From a virus (taxonomy: Duplodnaviria > Caudoviricetes), in the IMG/VR virus record IMGVR_UViG_3300032329_000042, positions 1-33,297 of that record: DNA of 33,297 bases, one strand, 5' to 3'. Shown here one piece after another: positions 24,047-33,297 of this stretch. The translations under genes were made by a program, and so were the position numbers. Each line of letters begins with the position of its first letter. Positions within the stretch are counted from its first letter, which is position 1. The notes under the pieces were generated by a model. That model was not told the DNA's origin and made no database searches. It was given only the letters and a program-made list of their open reading frames with translations.

Positions 24047-26235
24047 CTGATCCTACTGGTATTGTTGCAGCGGCTAACGTGGCGGCTGGCGGTAAGCCTG
24101 CAAAAAGTGCTTCAGATATATTGACAGTCGCCCGTGCGCGACTGGACATGGCCGTCTCTGCTTTAGCAGAATCACGCGAAGACGAAATTGACGATCTGCG
24201 CTTCTACGCAGGCTCACCCGACAACCATTGGCAATGGCCTGCTGACGTACTGGCCACTCGCGGTGCGGTGCAAGGTCAGACGATCAACGCACGCCCGACA
24301 TTAACGATTAACAAACTGCCGCAGCACGTTCGTCAAGTGACGAATGACATGCGACAGAACCGCCCAGGCGCCAAGGTCATTCCAGTCGATGACAACGCCG
24401 ATGTGGAAGTGGCCGACATCTTCAACGGCATGATTCGCCATATTGAGTATATCTCTGACGCTGACGTGGCATACGACACGGCCTGCGAGAATCAGGTGTC
24501 CTATGGTGAAGGTTACATCACGCTGTACACCGAGTACTGCGACGAAAACACATTCGATCAAGACATCAAAATTGGCCGTATCCGCAATAGTTTCTCGGTC
24601 TACATGGATCCTCTGATTCAAGACCCAACTGGCGCAGACGCCAAATGGTGTTTCATCACCGAAGACCTGACCAAAGCAGAATACGAGCGCCAGTACCCCG
24701 ATGCTGCGCCTATTTCTACGCTCCAGTCCCTCGGTGTAGGCGATCAGTCAATCAGCAACTGGCTTAACGAGGACACAGTTCGCATCGCTGGCTACTACTA
24801 CATTGACTACGACAAAACGACTCTGAATTTGTACCCCGGCAACCAGTCGGCCTTTGAAGGCACGCCCGAGGACAAGATGCTCAGAGACATGTTTGGCAAA
24901 CCAGTCAAAAATCGCATGTCTGAGCGCCCACGGGTCAAGTATTGCAAGATCAACGGTTACGAAATTCTTGAAGAAAAAGAGTGGGCTGGCAAATGGATTC
25001 CCGTAATCCGTGTTGTTGGTAACGAGTTTGAGGTCGATGGCCGTCTTTATGTGTCTGGTTTGGTGCGTAACGCCAAAGACGCCCAGCGCATGTACAACTA
25101 CTGGGTGTCTCAGGAAGCTGAGATGCTGGCTTTGGCTCCCAAGGCTCCGTTCATTGGCTACGGCGGCCAGTTCGAGGGCTACGAAGACAAGTGGAAGACA
25201 GCCAACACAAACAACTGGCCCTATTTGGAGGTCAATCCTGACGTTACAGACGGCCAAGGCGCAGTCTTGCCGCTACCCCAACGGGCACAGCCGCCAATGG
25301 CTTCCACGGGCCTGCTGCAAGCCAAATCTGGTGCTTCTGAGGACATCAAGTCCACAACCGGCCAATACAACGCTTCTTTGGGCATGGGAAGCAACGAGCG
25401 CTCTGGTAAAGCTATTCTGGCTCGCCAGCGTGAGGGTGACGTAGGTACTTACCACTACGGCGACAACCTGACCCGTGCCGTGCGCCATGTGGCTCGTCAG
25501 TTGGTGGACTTGATCCCCAAGATTTACGACACACAGCGCATCGCTCGAATTATTGGTGAAGACGGCGAAACAAAAATGGTCAAGATCAATCCTGACCAGC
25601 CGCAACCCGTCAACAAGATCGTCAATGAGCAAGGCATCGTCATTGAAAAGATCTACAACCCTGGCGTTGGCAAGTACGATGTGGTGGCCACAACTGGCCC
25701 AGGCTATGCAACCAAGCGCCAAGCAGCACTTGAAGCAATGGCGCAGCTGTTGCAGGGCAACCCACAACTGTGGTCTGTGGCTGGCGACTTGTTTGTCAAG
25801 AACATGGATTGGCCTGGCGCTCAAGAGATGGCCAAGCGCTTCCAGAAAACTATTGATCCCAAGTTCTTGTCTGACGGTGAAAACGATCCAGCATTGCAGG
25901 CAGCACAGCAACAGATTCAAGCCATGGGCGCTGAGATGGAGCAAATGCACGCAATGATCCAGAATGTCGGCAAATCAATTGAGATGCAGGACATGGAGCG
26001 CAAGGACTTTGAGGCTCAGGTCAAGGCTTATGACGCTGAAACCAAGCGTTTGGCGGCCGTGCAGGCGTCTATGTCGCCCGAGCAGATCCAAGATATTGTC
26101 ATGGGCACAGTCCACGGCATGATCACATCCGGTGATCTGGTGGGCGAGATGCCTGGCCGCGAGCCTAATGAGATGATGCCTGAAAGTGCTGAGTACGCTC
26201 CACAACCCGAACAACAGATGGGAATGCCACAATGA
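24043..26235 (+). CDS. Portal protein (P22 gp1-like)
   Basis: 730 aa; DDLRFY.G..QW, RPTLTINK, GLVRNAKDAQRMYNY, SGKAILARQ, long Q-rich helical C-terminal barrel. Confidence 0.95.
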   Translation: MTDPTGIVAAANVAAGGKPAKSASDILTVARARLDMAVSALAESREDEIDDLRFYAGSPDNHWQWPADVLATRGAVQGQTINARPTLTINKLPQHVRQVTNDMRQNRPGAKVIPVDDNADVEVADIFNGMIRHIEYISDADVAYDTACENQVSYGEGYITLYTEYCDENTFDQDIKIGRIRNSFSVYMDPLIQDPTGADAKWCFITEDLTKAEYERQYPDAAPISTLQSLGVGDQSISNWLNEDTVRIAGYYYIDYDKTTLNLYPGNQSAFEGTPEDKMLRDMFGKPVKNRMSERPRVKYCKINGYEILEEKEWAGKWIPVIRVVGNEFEVDGRLYVSGLVRNAKDAQRMYNYWVSQEAEMLALAPKAPFIGYGGQFEGYEDKWKTANTNNWPYLEVNPDVTDGQGAVLPLPQRAQPPMASTGLLQAKSGASEDIKSTTGQYNASLGMGSNERSGKAILARQREGDVGTYHYGDNLTRAVRHVARQLVDLIPKIYDTQRIARIIGEDGETKMVKINPDQPQPVNKIVNEQGIVIEKIYNPGVGKYDVVATTGPGYATKRQAALEAMAQLLQGNPQLWSVAGDLFVKNMDWPGAQEMAKRFQKTIDPKFLSDGENDPALQAAQQQIQAMGAEMEQMHAMIQNVGKSIEMQDMERKDFEAQVKAYDAETKRLAAVQASMSPEQIQDIVMGTVHGMITSGDLVGEMPGREPNEMMPESAEYAPQPEQQMGMPQ

Positions 26236-26594
26236 AAGCCGCAGACTTTATCGGAATCCTATTCCTAGCCCGTGATGTTACGCACAGTGTTCACCTGAAT
26301 ACCCGCAGTTTTAGCAAACACACGGCGCTCAACATTTTCTATGACCGCATCATTGACGCGGCTGACGATTTTGCTGAAAGTTATCAAGGTCGGCATGGTC
26401 TGATTGGCCCAATTACGCTACACTCTGCAAAGAAGACAACCAACATCATTGAATTCTTGGAAGACTCGCTCAAACAGATCGAAGACGCCAGATATGAAGT
26501 GGTTGACAAGACCGATATGTCCTTGCAACAATTGATCGACAATATCATTGAAATTTATCTGCGCACGCTGTACAAGCTCAAATTCTTGGCATAA
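26232..26594 (+). CDS. Ferritin/Dps-like four-helix protein (DUF5856-like)
   Basis: HSVHLNTRSFSKHTALNIFYD...DDFAESYQGRHG...TLYKLKFL: Dps-like H/H/D/E ligand spacing. Confidence 0.7.
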   Translation: MKAADFIGILFLARDVTHSVHLNTRSFSKHTALNIFYDRIIDAADDFAESYQGRHGLIGPITLHSAKKTTNIIEFLEDSLKQIEDARYEVVDKTDMSLQQLIDNIIEIYLRTLYKLKFLA

Positions 26595-26600
26595 GGAAAC

Positions 26601-26912
26601 ATGATGGAACTACTTAACCCGATGAGCAAAGCGGATTTTCCCGCTTACACCGCAACTGCTGGCGCAAGTGCAGGCAACACAACTGCATGGAACGCTGGCC
26701 CTCAAGGCGTTTTGGTTTGGTGCGAAGTGCCTTGCTACGTTGAAGTGGGTGTTGGTGCTGTTGCTACCAGCGCCAGCACACCAATCCCTGCTTACACGCC
26801 AATTCCTTTTGTTCTGACACTTAGCACAAGTGGCGCGCCTTGGCGCGTCAGTGTGCTGCGGATTGGCAGCAGCGACGGCACTGCGTACTGCAAACCAATC
26901 AATAAGCAATGA
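26601..26912 (+). CDS. Small beta-rich putative virion protein
   Basis: 103 aa, AAGGAAA SD, A/T/V-rich. Confidence 0.7.
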   Translation: MMELLNPMSKADFPAYTATAGASAGNTTAWNAGPQGVLVWCEVPCYVEVGVGAVATSASTPIPAYTPIPFVLTLSTSGAPWRVSVLRIGSSDGTAYCKPINKQ

Positions 26913-27073
26913 GCTTTGGTGTCGCCCTTCGCAATTCGGTGGCTATTGGCTTAGCCGGTATTGTCTCGCTGTTTTCAGGCACACTCGACAGTGGTGCTTC
27001 AGTGGGCAATTTGCTGTGCGAAAATGGTGACAACCTCGTCCAAGAGGACGGTGGACAAATTCTTTTGGAGTGA
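26909..27073 (+). CDS. 54-aa protein with acidic LLxEnGdxLvqEdGxxILLE tail (not in the ORF track)
   Basis: MSFGVALRNSVAIGLAGIVSLFSGTLDSGASVGNLLCENGDNLVQEDGGQILLE; ATGA coupling; fills the gap before the tailspike. Confidence 0.75.
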   Translation: MSFGVALRNSVAIGLAGIVSLFSGTLDSGASVGNLLCENGDNLVQEDGGQILLE

Positions 27074-27078
27074 CCTAA

Positions 27079-29136
27079 ATGGCCGTCAATCTTTCCCCCG
27101 TGGGCGGCGTTGCGGCCCAGTTCTTCACTAATACCGGCGCAGTTCTGACTGGCGGTAAGATTTATACCTACGCGGCTGGCACAACCACACCCGCAGTGAC
27201 ATACACATCGTCCAACGGTTCTGTTACACAACCAAATCCAATTGTTTTAGATGCTGCTGGCCGCGTACCTAATAGCGGCGAGATTTGGTTGACTGACGGC
27301 ATTAATTACAAATTTGTTTTAAAAGATACAAACGACGTATTAATTGCCACATACGATAACATTACTGGTATTAACTCTAATTCGGTAGCGTATACCAATC
27401 AACAGCAGATTGTCACAGCTACGGCTGGCCAAACGGTGTTTAATCTGTCAATTAGCTACCAAGTTGGTACTAATAGTTTGTCGGTGTTTGTTGACGGTGT
27501 TAACCAGTACGGCCCCGGCGCTCAATACGCCTACACCGAAACAAGTTCCACATCCGTGACGTTTACCAACGGTCTTCATGTTGGCGCGGTGGTTAAGTTC
27601 ACTTCAACTCAGCAACAAGGTGCTGGCGCTGTCAATGCTTCGCAAGTAGCGTACAACCCTGCTGGCACTGGAGCCGCGACTACCAATGTTCAAGCCAAGT
27701 TGCGTCAGACTGTCAGTGTTAACGATTTTGGCGCGAGTTCAACTGCCACATCTGCACAAAACAAAACAGCCATTCAAGCTGCCATCAACAGCGGCGCAAC
27801 GCGGATCTTTTTTCCTGACGCAACTTACAGCGTTGATCCTGGCTTAGAAGTCAATGTCAACGGTTTGTATTTGTATGGCAATTCATCCATTCATGGCACT
27901 GTTTTAAACTTTGCGCCAGGCGCGGTCGACGCATTGTGGGTAGGTAAAAGCGCAAATGTAAGTGGTTTTACACTTAGTGACATTGAATTTGTTGGTAATA
28001 GCGTTACACCAGGCACTCAAAACACAAATGGTTTGGTATTGGGTTCTGTAAGCCCGTATTATTATGTTACGGGCGTTGAAGTTGTAAATTGCTACATCCA
28101 CAACTTCTTAGCAACAGGCGCAGCCGCCATTTTGATGAACACTTGCTTTTGGGTAAATGTTCGTGGCAACAGCACTCTAAATGGTTGTACTTATAGCGTT
28201 CACATTCCTGCTGGTGGAAATGTAACAGCCACAACATTTAGTGAAAATACAAAAATGAGGGATTCATACATTGGATTCTTCAATGAATGTACTCTAAGCC
28301 AAGTTGACCAAATTACATTTAACAACTGTTCTTTCGAATACAACGCTTTAACTTCAATTTACAGCACATCGCCACAAACAAAGTATGCAATCATTGATTG
28401 TTATTTTGAGTTAGATGCGACAACACCAGGCACAAACGGAATCATTTTTATCACCAGTAGCGACACATCTGCGTATGGGTTTTCTACAGTAAACATCAAT
28501 GGTTGCCAACTTCATCGAGTAACATCACCGCCCACTCTTGGATTTGACATTAACTTAGGTTATTGCCAAAGATCAAGTGTTCAAAACCTTAATGGCGTAA
28601 ACAATTTTCTTCAAGCGGCTAACGCTGAAGTTTATTACTTTAACAACCGAGGTAATGGTGCTGGTGATCCACTTGCGCAATACAAAACTTTATCTGGGAC
28701 TGTAAATGCTGTTGAATATGATCCCTCAAGTGGTTATTTGGTTTCATACTCAAGTCTTGGCCAAGTAACTAGCGACACGCACATTTATTCACAGCAAAAA
28801 AGTACAGCACCTGTTGCAACGCTTGTTGGTAGCCCTGCAAATGCGTCAATTGCATTGGCGGCAAGATCAACTGACACTGCTGGTCAAGTTACAGTAACGA
28901 CAACTGGCGCAACAAGTTTGTCGCCTATTTTTAAATTGACTTTCAACAAAGCGTATATTTATGCGCCAATTGTTATTGTTACTCCAGCATCAACAGATGG
29001 CGGCGCTAAGTTTGTTGACAATAAAATGAGTGTTGCATCTACAACAACTTATTTTCAATTAAATACTGGATCTGCTGTTACAGCATCAGGGTTGAACATG
29101 GGTTTTAATTACATCGTTATCGGTGTGGTAAGTTAA
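27079..29136 (+). CDS. Tailspike 1 (virion-anchoring N-terminus plus pectate-lyase-like beta-helix)
   Basis: QFF..TG.VL.GGKIYTY.AGTTTP...NPIVLDAAGR anchor; VQAKLRQTVSVNDFGA...AIQAAI beta-helix entry; N/S/T/C-rich repeats. Confidence 0.85.
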   Translation: MAVNLSPVGGVAAQFFTNTGAVLTGGKIYTYAAGTTTPAVTYTSSNGSVTQPNPIVLDAAGRVPNSGEIWLTDGINYKFVLKDTNDVLIATYDNITGINSNSVAYTNQQQIVTATAGQTVFNLSISYQVGTNSLSVFVDGVNQYGPGAQYAYTETSSTSVTFTNGLHVGAVVKFTSTQQQGAGAVNASQVAYNPAGTGAATTNVQAKLRQTVSVNDFGASSTATSAQNKTAIQAAINSGATRIFFPDATYSVDPGLEVNVNGLYLYGNSSIHGTVLNFAPGAVDALWVGKSANVSGFTLSDIEFVGNSVTPGTQNTNGLVLGSVSPYYYVTGVEVVNCYIHNFLATGAAAILMNTCFWVNVRGNSTLNGCTYSVHIPAGGNVTATTFSENTKMRDSYIGFFNECTLSQVDQITFNNCSFEYNALTSIYSTSPQTKYAIIDCYFELDATTPGTNGIIFITSSDTSAYGFSTVNINGCQLHRVTSPPTLGFDINLGYCQRSSVQNLNGVNNFLQAANAEVYYFNNRGNGAGDPLAQYKTLSGTVNAVEYDPSSGYLVSYSSLGQVTSDTHIYSQQKSTAPVATLVGSPANASIALAARSTDTAGQVTVTTTGATSLSPIFKLTFNKAYIYAPIVIVTPASTDGGAKFVDNKMSVASTTTYFQLNTGSAVTASGLNMGFNYIVIGVVS

Positions 29137-29149
29137 CTGGAGATTTTAA

Positions 29150-30145
29150 ATGGCTGACAAGAAAATTTCTGCGCTAACTAGCGCAACCACCCCACTAGCG
29201 GGTACTGAGGTTCTTCCAATTGTTCAAAGCGGAACAACAGTAAAAGTTCCAGTAGCTAACTTAACTTCTGGTCGTGCGGTTGATATGTTGAGCTTAACTG
29301 CTGACACAACAACATTGGTTGTTGATTCAACTAATCATCGTGCAGGCGTGGGAACAGCGTCACCATCAAAGAAACTTAATGTTGTTATTGATGCTGTTGC
29401 AAGCCGTCAAAGTCTTGATGCTGTAGATCGTACATCACAAAACCTTTTGACGTTTACCAATCCTCAATACTCAACAGATGCCTCAATGGGCGTCTTGCTT
29501 CGCTCATTTCCTCAGTCTGATGCACGACAAGGCGCGGGTATTTTTTCATCTGGCGGCGGCACTAACAACACAACAGATTTAAATTTGTTTGTATCTGGTT
29601 TGGGCGGCGCAGATGTAGCTTATTCAGCCGTTTCGATTGACGGCAACGCTGGCGATGCGACTGTTCGTAAAGGCAACATCATTCAAGGCACAGCCGCTAA
29701 AGGTTTTAACTTTACCGCCAACACCCCCGCAGCGGGAATGACAAGCCAGTTGCTAAACTGGTATGAAGAAGGTACTTGGACACCATCTCTTAAATTTGGT
29801 GGTGCTAATACTGGTTGGGTTTTTTATGGCAATGCTGGTATTTATGGAAAATATACCCGTGTTGGAAATCTTGTTACTGTTACAGGCGGGATTGGTATTT
29901 TGACAGTTGGTAGCGCAACTGGCGCAGCTACTATTACTGGATTACCTTTTACATCATTAACAACTGGTGTAAGTTTTGGTGGTGGAATGAATGTAACACC
30001 TTTACTTTTAGCAACTAGCGCAACTTTTTACGTTTCTCCAAATACAACAACAATGATATTACAGAGTGGTGCTGGTGCAGCTTTAACTAACGCAAATTTT
30101 GGTGCATATACGGAACTTCATTTTTCGTTTTCGTATCAAGTTTAA
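29150..30145 (+). CDS. Tail fibre-like protein
   Basis: MADKKISALTSAT...PIVQSGTT N-terminus, GVGTASP, YEEGTWTP...GKYTRVGNLVTV...ITGLPF C-terminal domain. Confidence 0.8.
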   Translation: MADKKISALTSATTPLAGTEVLPIVQSGTTVKVPVANLTSGRAVDMLSLTADTTTLVVDSTNHRAGVGTASPSKKLNVVIDAVASRQSLDAVDRTSQNLLTFTNPQYSTDASMGVLLRSFPQSDARQGAGIFSSGGGTNNTTDLNLFVSGLGGADVAYSAVSIDGNAGDATVRKGNIIQGTAAKGFNFTANTPAAGMTSQLLNWYEEGTWTPSLKFGGANTGWVFYGNAGIYGKYTRVGNLVTVTGGIGILTVGSATGAATITGLPFTSLTTGVSFGGGMNVTPLLLATSATFYVSPNTTTMILQSGAGAALTNANFGAYTELHFSFSYQV

Positions 30146-30154
30146 AGGTCTATC

Positions 30155-31405
30155 ATGTCTCTTACAAAAGCAAGCTATGCAATGATTAACGGGGCTGCCG
30201 TTAATACAAAAGACTTTGGTGCGGTTGGGGATGGCGTTACAGATGACACTGCCGCAGTGCAAGCTGCGATTGACTATTGTTTGTCTACCACTACACCTTT
30301 GGTCAATGGGCAAAGTTTAATTCCTCAATTGCGTGTGTCTGGAATGTGCAAAATTACAGCACCCTTGACCATTGATAGGCCATCCAATCAAACAGGATTT
30401 TTTAGGATCATTGGCGATGGTGTTGTTGGCGGTTTTGTTGTTACCACCGCAACGTCTATTTTTAGCACTACAAATGCGTTTTACGCAACCCAACTTTCCA
30501 ATCAAGTATCGTTTGAAAATTTAACTTTTCAAGGCGTGGATGATGGCGGGACTATAGCTTGCTATGCCATCCAAGTGCATCGTTATGTAAGAACACAAAT
30601 TAAAGGTTGTTTCTTTAATTACATCAGGTTAAATGATGGCAGTGCATCAACTGCTTATGTTCAAAGTCTTTATATCAGCAACACATTTGTTCGTAGTTGC
30701 CCTGGCAAATGGTTTAATTGTTATTCTTATTTGGATGTTCATGTAGATCAATCTTTATTTGAAGGCATTAAAGGCCAAGTGTTTTACTGCGGTGGCAACA
30801 TGAATGTCTTTACTTTGCGTGACAGCGTATTGGAAGGAAATCTTAATAATGTTGTCGATGCCGCATTTATGAATGGTGTTGTAATTGATGGAAATTACAT
30901 TGAAGACAATGACGGTCATTTTGTAAATTGCGGAAGTTCAACTGGCGGCCTTACCGTCTCCAATAACAACATTGGAACAAAAGGTGCTAGTTCATCAGGC
31001 CCAGGCAATAGAGGCAACGTAAATTGGTACGAAATTATTGTCTCAGGTGATTGCAACAGTTTAATGGGCTTCGGTAATACTGGTTTACGCTTGTATTCAC
31101 TTAGCGGTACTATAAGAACTGCCACAATTGGTTTTGGCGATGTCGTAAAAACCATTAGCATTTATGATGCGCCAGCACAGCTTTGCAATGACATTACATT
31201 AGTCAATCAAACTATGTTTGGCAATGTAACTTTTCCAAATCCTATTACATTTGGAACAGTCACAATTCGATCTGGTAGCGGATCGCCCGAAGGTGTTATT
31301 ACTGCACCAATTGGTTCGTTATACACAAATACAGCGGGAAGCACTAGCACAACGCTTTATGTAAAAACTTCTGGTAGTGGAAACACTGGTTGGACTGCTA
31401 AATAA
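30155..31405 (+). CDS. Tailspike 2 / polysaccharide depolymerase-like beta-helix protein
   Basis: VNTKDFGAVGDGVTDDTAAVQAAID; C-terminal GSGSPEGVITAPIGSLY...LYVKTSGSGNTGW. Confidence 0.85.
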   Translation: MSLTKASYAMINGAAVNTKDFGAVGDGVTDDTAAVQAAIDYCLSTTTPLVNGQSLIPQLRVSGMCKITAPLTIDRPSNQTGFFRIIGDGVVGGFVVTTATSIFSTTNAFYATQLSNQVSFENLTFQGVDDGGTIACYAIQVHRYVRTQIKGCFFNYIRLNDGSASTAYVQSLYISNTFVRSCPGKWFNCYSYLDVHVDQSLFEGIKGQVFYCGGNMNVFTLRDSVLEGNLNNVVDAAFMNGVVIDGNYIEDNDGHFVNCGSSTGGLTVSNNNIGTKGASSSGPGNRGNVNWYEIIVSGDCNSLMGFGNTGLRLYSLSGTIRTATIGFGDVVKTISIYDAPAQLCNDITLVNQTMFGNVTFPNPITFGTVTIRSGSGSPEGVITAPIGSLYTNTAGSTSTTLYVKTSGSGNTGWTAK

Positions 31406-31421
31406 TCTCAAAGGAAACATC

Positions 31422-31787
31422 ATGGACTTCAAATGGACAATTCAAAAGTTACAAGTTGCTGAAGACAATTTAGTTGTCAAAGTTGATTTGGTAGTAACAG
31501 CTATTGATGAAGATAGCAAGTTATCTGCCTCCGCCGCTTACGTTCGTCAACTGACACGTGGAAGTTCTTTTATTCCCTACGAGCAATTGACTGAACAACA
31601 AGTGCTTGACTGGTGCTTTGAACCTGAAGTCATTACTTGGACTGATCGCGGCGATGTTGAGCAATCAATTACCAAACTTCTTAAAGACGAAGGCGAAGCA
31701 CAAGTTGCTGACCAGATCACACGCCAGTTAGCACAAAAACAATCTGAACCCGCTTTACCGTGGGCAGAAGTTGCACAGCCAGAGTAA
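31422..31787 (+). CDS. Tail-fibre-associated hypothetical protein
   Basis: Start reassigned to MDFKWTI (AAGGAAA SD); FIPYEQLTEQQVLDW and LPW motifs; follows the fibre genes. Confidence 0.7.
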   Translation: MDFKWTIQKLQVAEDNLVVKVDLVVTAIDEDSKLSASAAYVRQLTRGSSFIPYEQLTEQQVLDWCFEPEVITWTDRGDVEQSITKLLKDEGEAQVADQITRQLAQKQSEPALPWAEVAQPE

Positions 31788-31852
31788 TCTGGTGTAAGAT
31801 TAAAACAACTGTATCGGCCCAGTAGACCGAGGAATCTTAGGATTCATAAAAA

Positions 31853-32629
31853 ATGACTGAAGAAGTCCAAGCCCTAGCGGAAGTAGACTCCGCGCCAACC
31901 ACGGATGTGACGGCCACACCTGAAGTTGCTGAAAGTACGCCGGAAGTAGCTGAGACACAGCCTGCCAAGACATTCTCGCAAGAGGAACTTGACGCTGCTA
32001 TTGGCAAACGCCTCGCAAGAGAGCAACGTAAGTGGGAAAGAGAACAGCAACAACGATCTGCCGAAACGCAAATCGTAAAAGCAGCTCCGTCAGCATCCGT
32101 TGACCAGTTTGAAAGCCCTGAAGCCTATGCGGAAGCACTGGCCTATCAGAAAGCTGAAGAACTATTGGCCAAACGTGAAGCGGCAAAGCAGCAGTCGCAA
32201 GTTCTTGAGAGTTATCACGACTTGGAAGAAGAAGCTAGGACTAAGTACGACGACTTTGAACAAGTCGCCTACAACCCCAAGCTACCAATTACAAACGTGA
32301 TGGCCGAAACGATCCAGTCTTCGGACATTGGGCCTGAGTTAGCGTACTACCTTGGCTCAAATCCAAAAGAAGCAGATCGTATCTCACGCATGACGCCGCT
32401 CGGTCAGGCGAAGGAAATTGGGAAAATTGAAGCCAAATTGGCATCATCGCCCCCAATAAAGAAAACTACATCTGCGCCTGCGCCGATTTCTCCTGTTACT
32501 GCACGCTCCGCTGGAGCAGCAGTTTTAGACACTACAGACCCTCGCTCTGTTAAGAGCATGACGGCCTCGCAGTGGATTGAAGCTGAACGTGCAAGACAGA
32601 TTAAGAAGTTGCAAGCACAGACCCGCTAA
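31853..32629 (+). CDS. Capsid scaffolding protein
   Basis: 258 aa; acidic E/A/P N-terminus, coiled coil, GPELAYYLG.NP.EA.RI, EIGKIEAKL; immediately before the coat gene. Confidence 0.82.
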   Translation: MTEEVQALAEVDSAPTTDVTATPEVAESTPEVAETQPAKTFSQEELDAAIGKRLAREQRKWEREQQQRSAETQIVKAAPSASVDQFESPEAYAEALAYQKAEELLAKREAAKQQSQVLESYHDLEEEARTKYDDFEQVAYNPKLPITNVMAETIQSSDIGPELAYYLGSNPKEADRISRMTPLGQAKEIGKIEAKLASSPPIKKTTSAPAPISPVTARSAGAAVLDTTDPRSVKSMTASQWIEAERARQIKKLQAQTR

Positions 32630-32656
32630 AACTTTGACTTTTTTGAAAGGACTACC

Positions 32657-33297
32657 ATGTCTAATAGTATTTTGACGATTGACATGATTACCCGCAAATC
32701 GCTGGAAATCTTGGAAAACAACCTCGTTTTGACACGTAACGTGAACCGCCAGTACGACGACAGCTTTGCTGTTGAAGGTGCTAAGATTGGTTCAACCCTC
32801 CGTATCCGTTTGCCCGACCGCGCTCTGGTGACTGACGGCGCCGCCCTGCAAGTTCAAGACGACAACGAGCAGTACACAACCTTGACCGTTGCCAGCCAAA
32901 AGCACATCGGCGTCAACTTCACATCTGCTGAATTGACCATGCAATTGGATGACTTCGCTGAGCGTGTGTTGAAGCCTCGTATCAGCCAGTTGGCATCTTC
33001 TATTGATGCTGACGTTGCCAACTCATATTTGAGCATTGGTAACACTGTTGGTACACCTGGCACCACTCCTTCTACTTCTTTGGTCTTGCTCCAAGCCCAG
33101 CAGAAGCTGAACGAGAACGCAGCCGTGATGTCTCCACGTTACGCTACCGTGAACCCTGCTGCTAACGCTGGCTTGGTTGAAGGCATGAAAGGTCTGTTCA
33201 ATCCTACAGACACTATCAGCAAGCAATTCAAGAACGGCATGATGGGCACTGGTGTGTTGGGCTTTGACGAGATCAACATGTCTCAGTCTATCAAGCA
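32657..33297 (+). CDS. Major capsid protein (P22 coat-like), 3'-truncated by the window
   Basis: Hand-translated MSNSILTIDMITRKSLEILENNLVLTRNVNRQYDDSFAVEGAKIGSTLRIRLP...DDFAERVLKPRISQLASSIDADV; GAAAGGA SD; open to the window end. Confidence 0.92.
   Translation, partial: MSNSILTIDMITRKSLEILENNLVLTRNVNRQYDDSFAVEGAKIGSTLRIRLPDRALVTDGAALQVQDDNEQYTTLTVASQKHIGVNFTSAELTMQLDDFAERVLKPRISQLASSIDADVANSYLSIGNTVGTPGTTPSTSLVLLQAQQKLNENAAVMSPRYATVNPAANAGLVEGMKGLFNPTDTISKQFKNGMMGTGVLGFDEINMSQSIK

Larger units (their letters stand above)
1..33297. mobile_element. P22/Sf6-like podophage genome (near-complete, apparently circularly permuted)
   Basis: Contiguous phage gene set: TerS, TerL, P22-type portal, scaffold, coat, gp4/gp10-like tail proteins, ejection proteins, lysis, replication and recombination modules. 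No host housekeeping genes at either edge. Confidence 0.95.

Noticed and set aside
27079-31405. Diversity-generating retroelement or invertible tail-fibre switch
   Set aside because: No reverse transcriptase, invertase, template/variable repeat pair or flanking inverted repeats seen.

Overview
The window is most or all of a ~34-35 kb tailed dsDNA phage genome with P22/Sf6-type podovirus structural genes. It begins just downstream of a capsid-region gene and ends inside the major capsid gene, so it appears circularly permuted and nearly complete (inference). Layout: (+) head-tail adaptor, tail hub, needle-position protein, three ejection proteins and a lysis cluster (128-10196); (-) early operon of micro-ORFs, an AAA ATPase, an SSB, a Cas4-like nuclease, an SF2 helicase and a glutaredoxin (10162-17138); a divergent control region with three 17-bp operators; (+) Cro-like HTH, primase-helicase, an iteron-type origin, RusA, TerS, TerL, GroES, portal, ferritin-like protein, three tailspike/fibre genes, scaffold and coat. 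I see no integrase, CI repressor, DNA polymerase, tRNA or CRISPR array. The most striking unexplained signal is the 367-bp gap between terS and terL. It holds a dif-like XerC/XerD site, five DnaA boxes and four GGGNAGGG (KOPS-type) octamers, i.e. host chromosome-maintenance signals in an integrase-less phage. Product calls come from motif recognition by eye, not from database searches.
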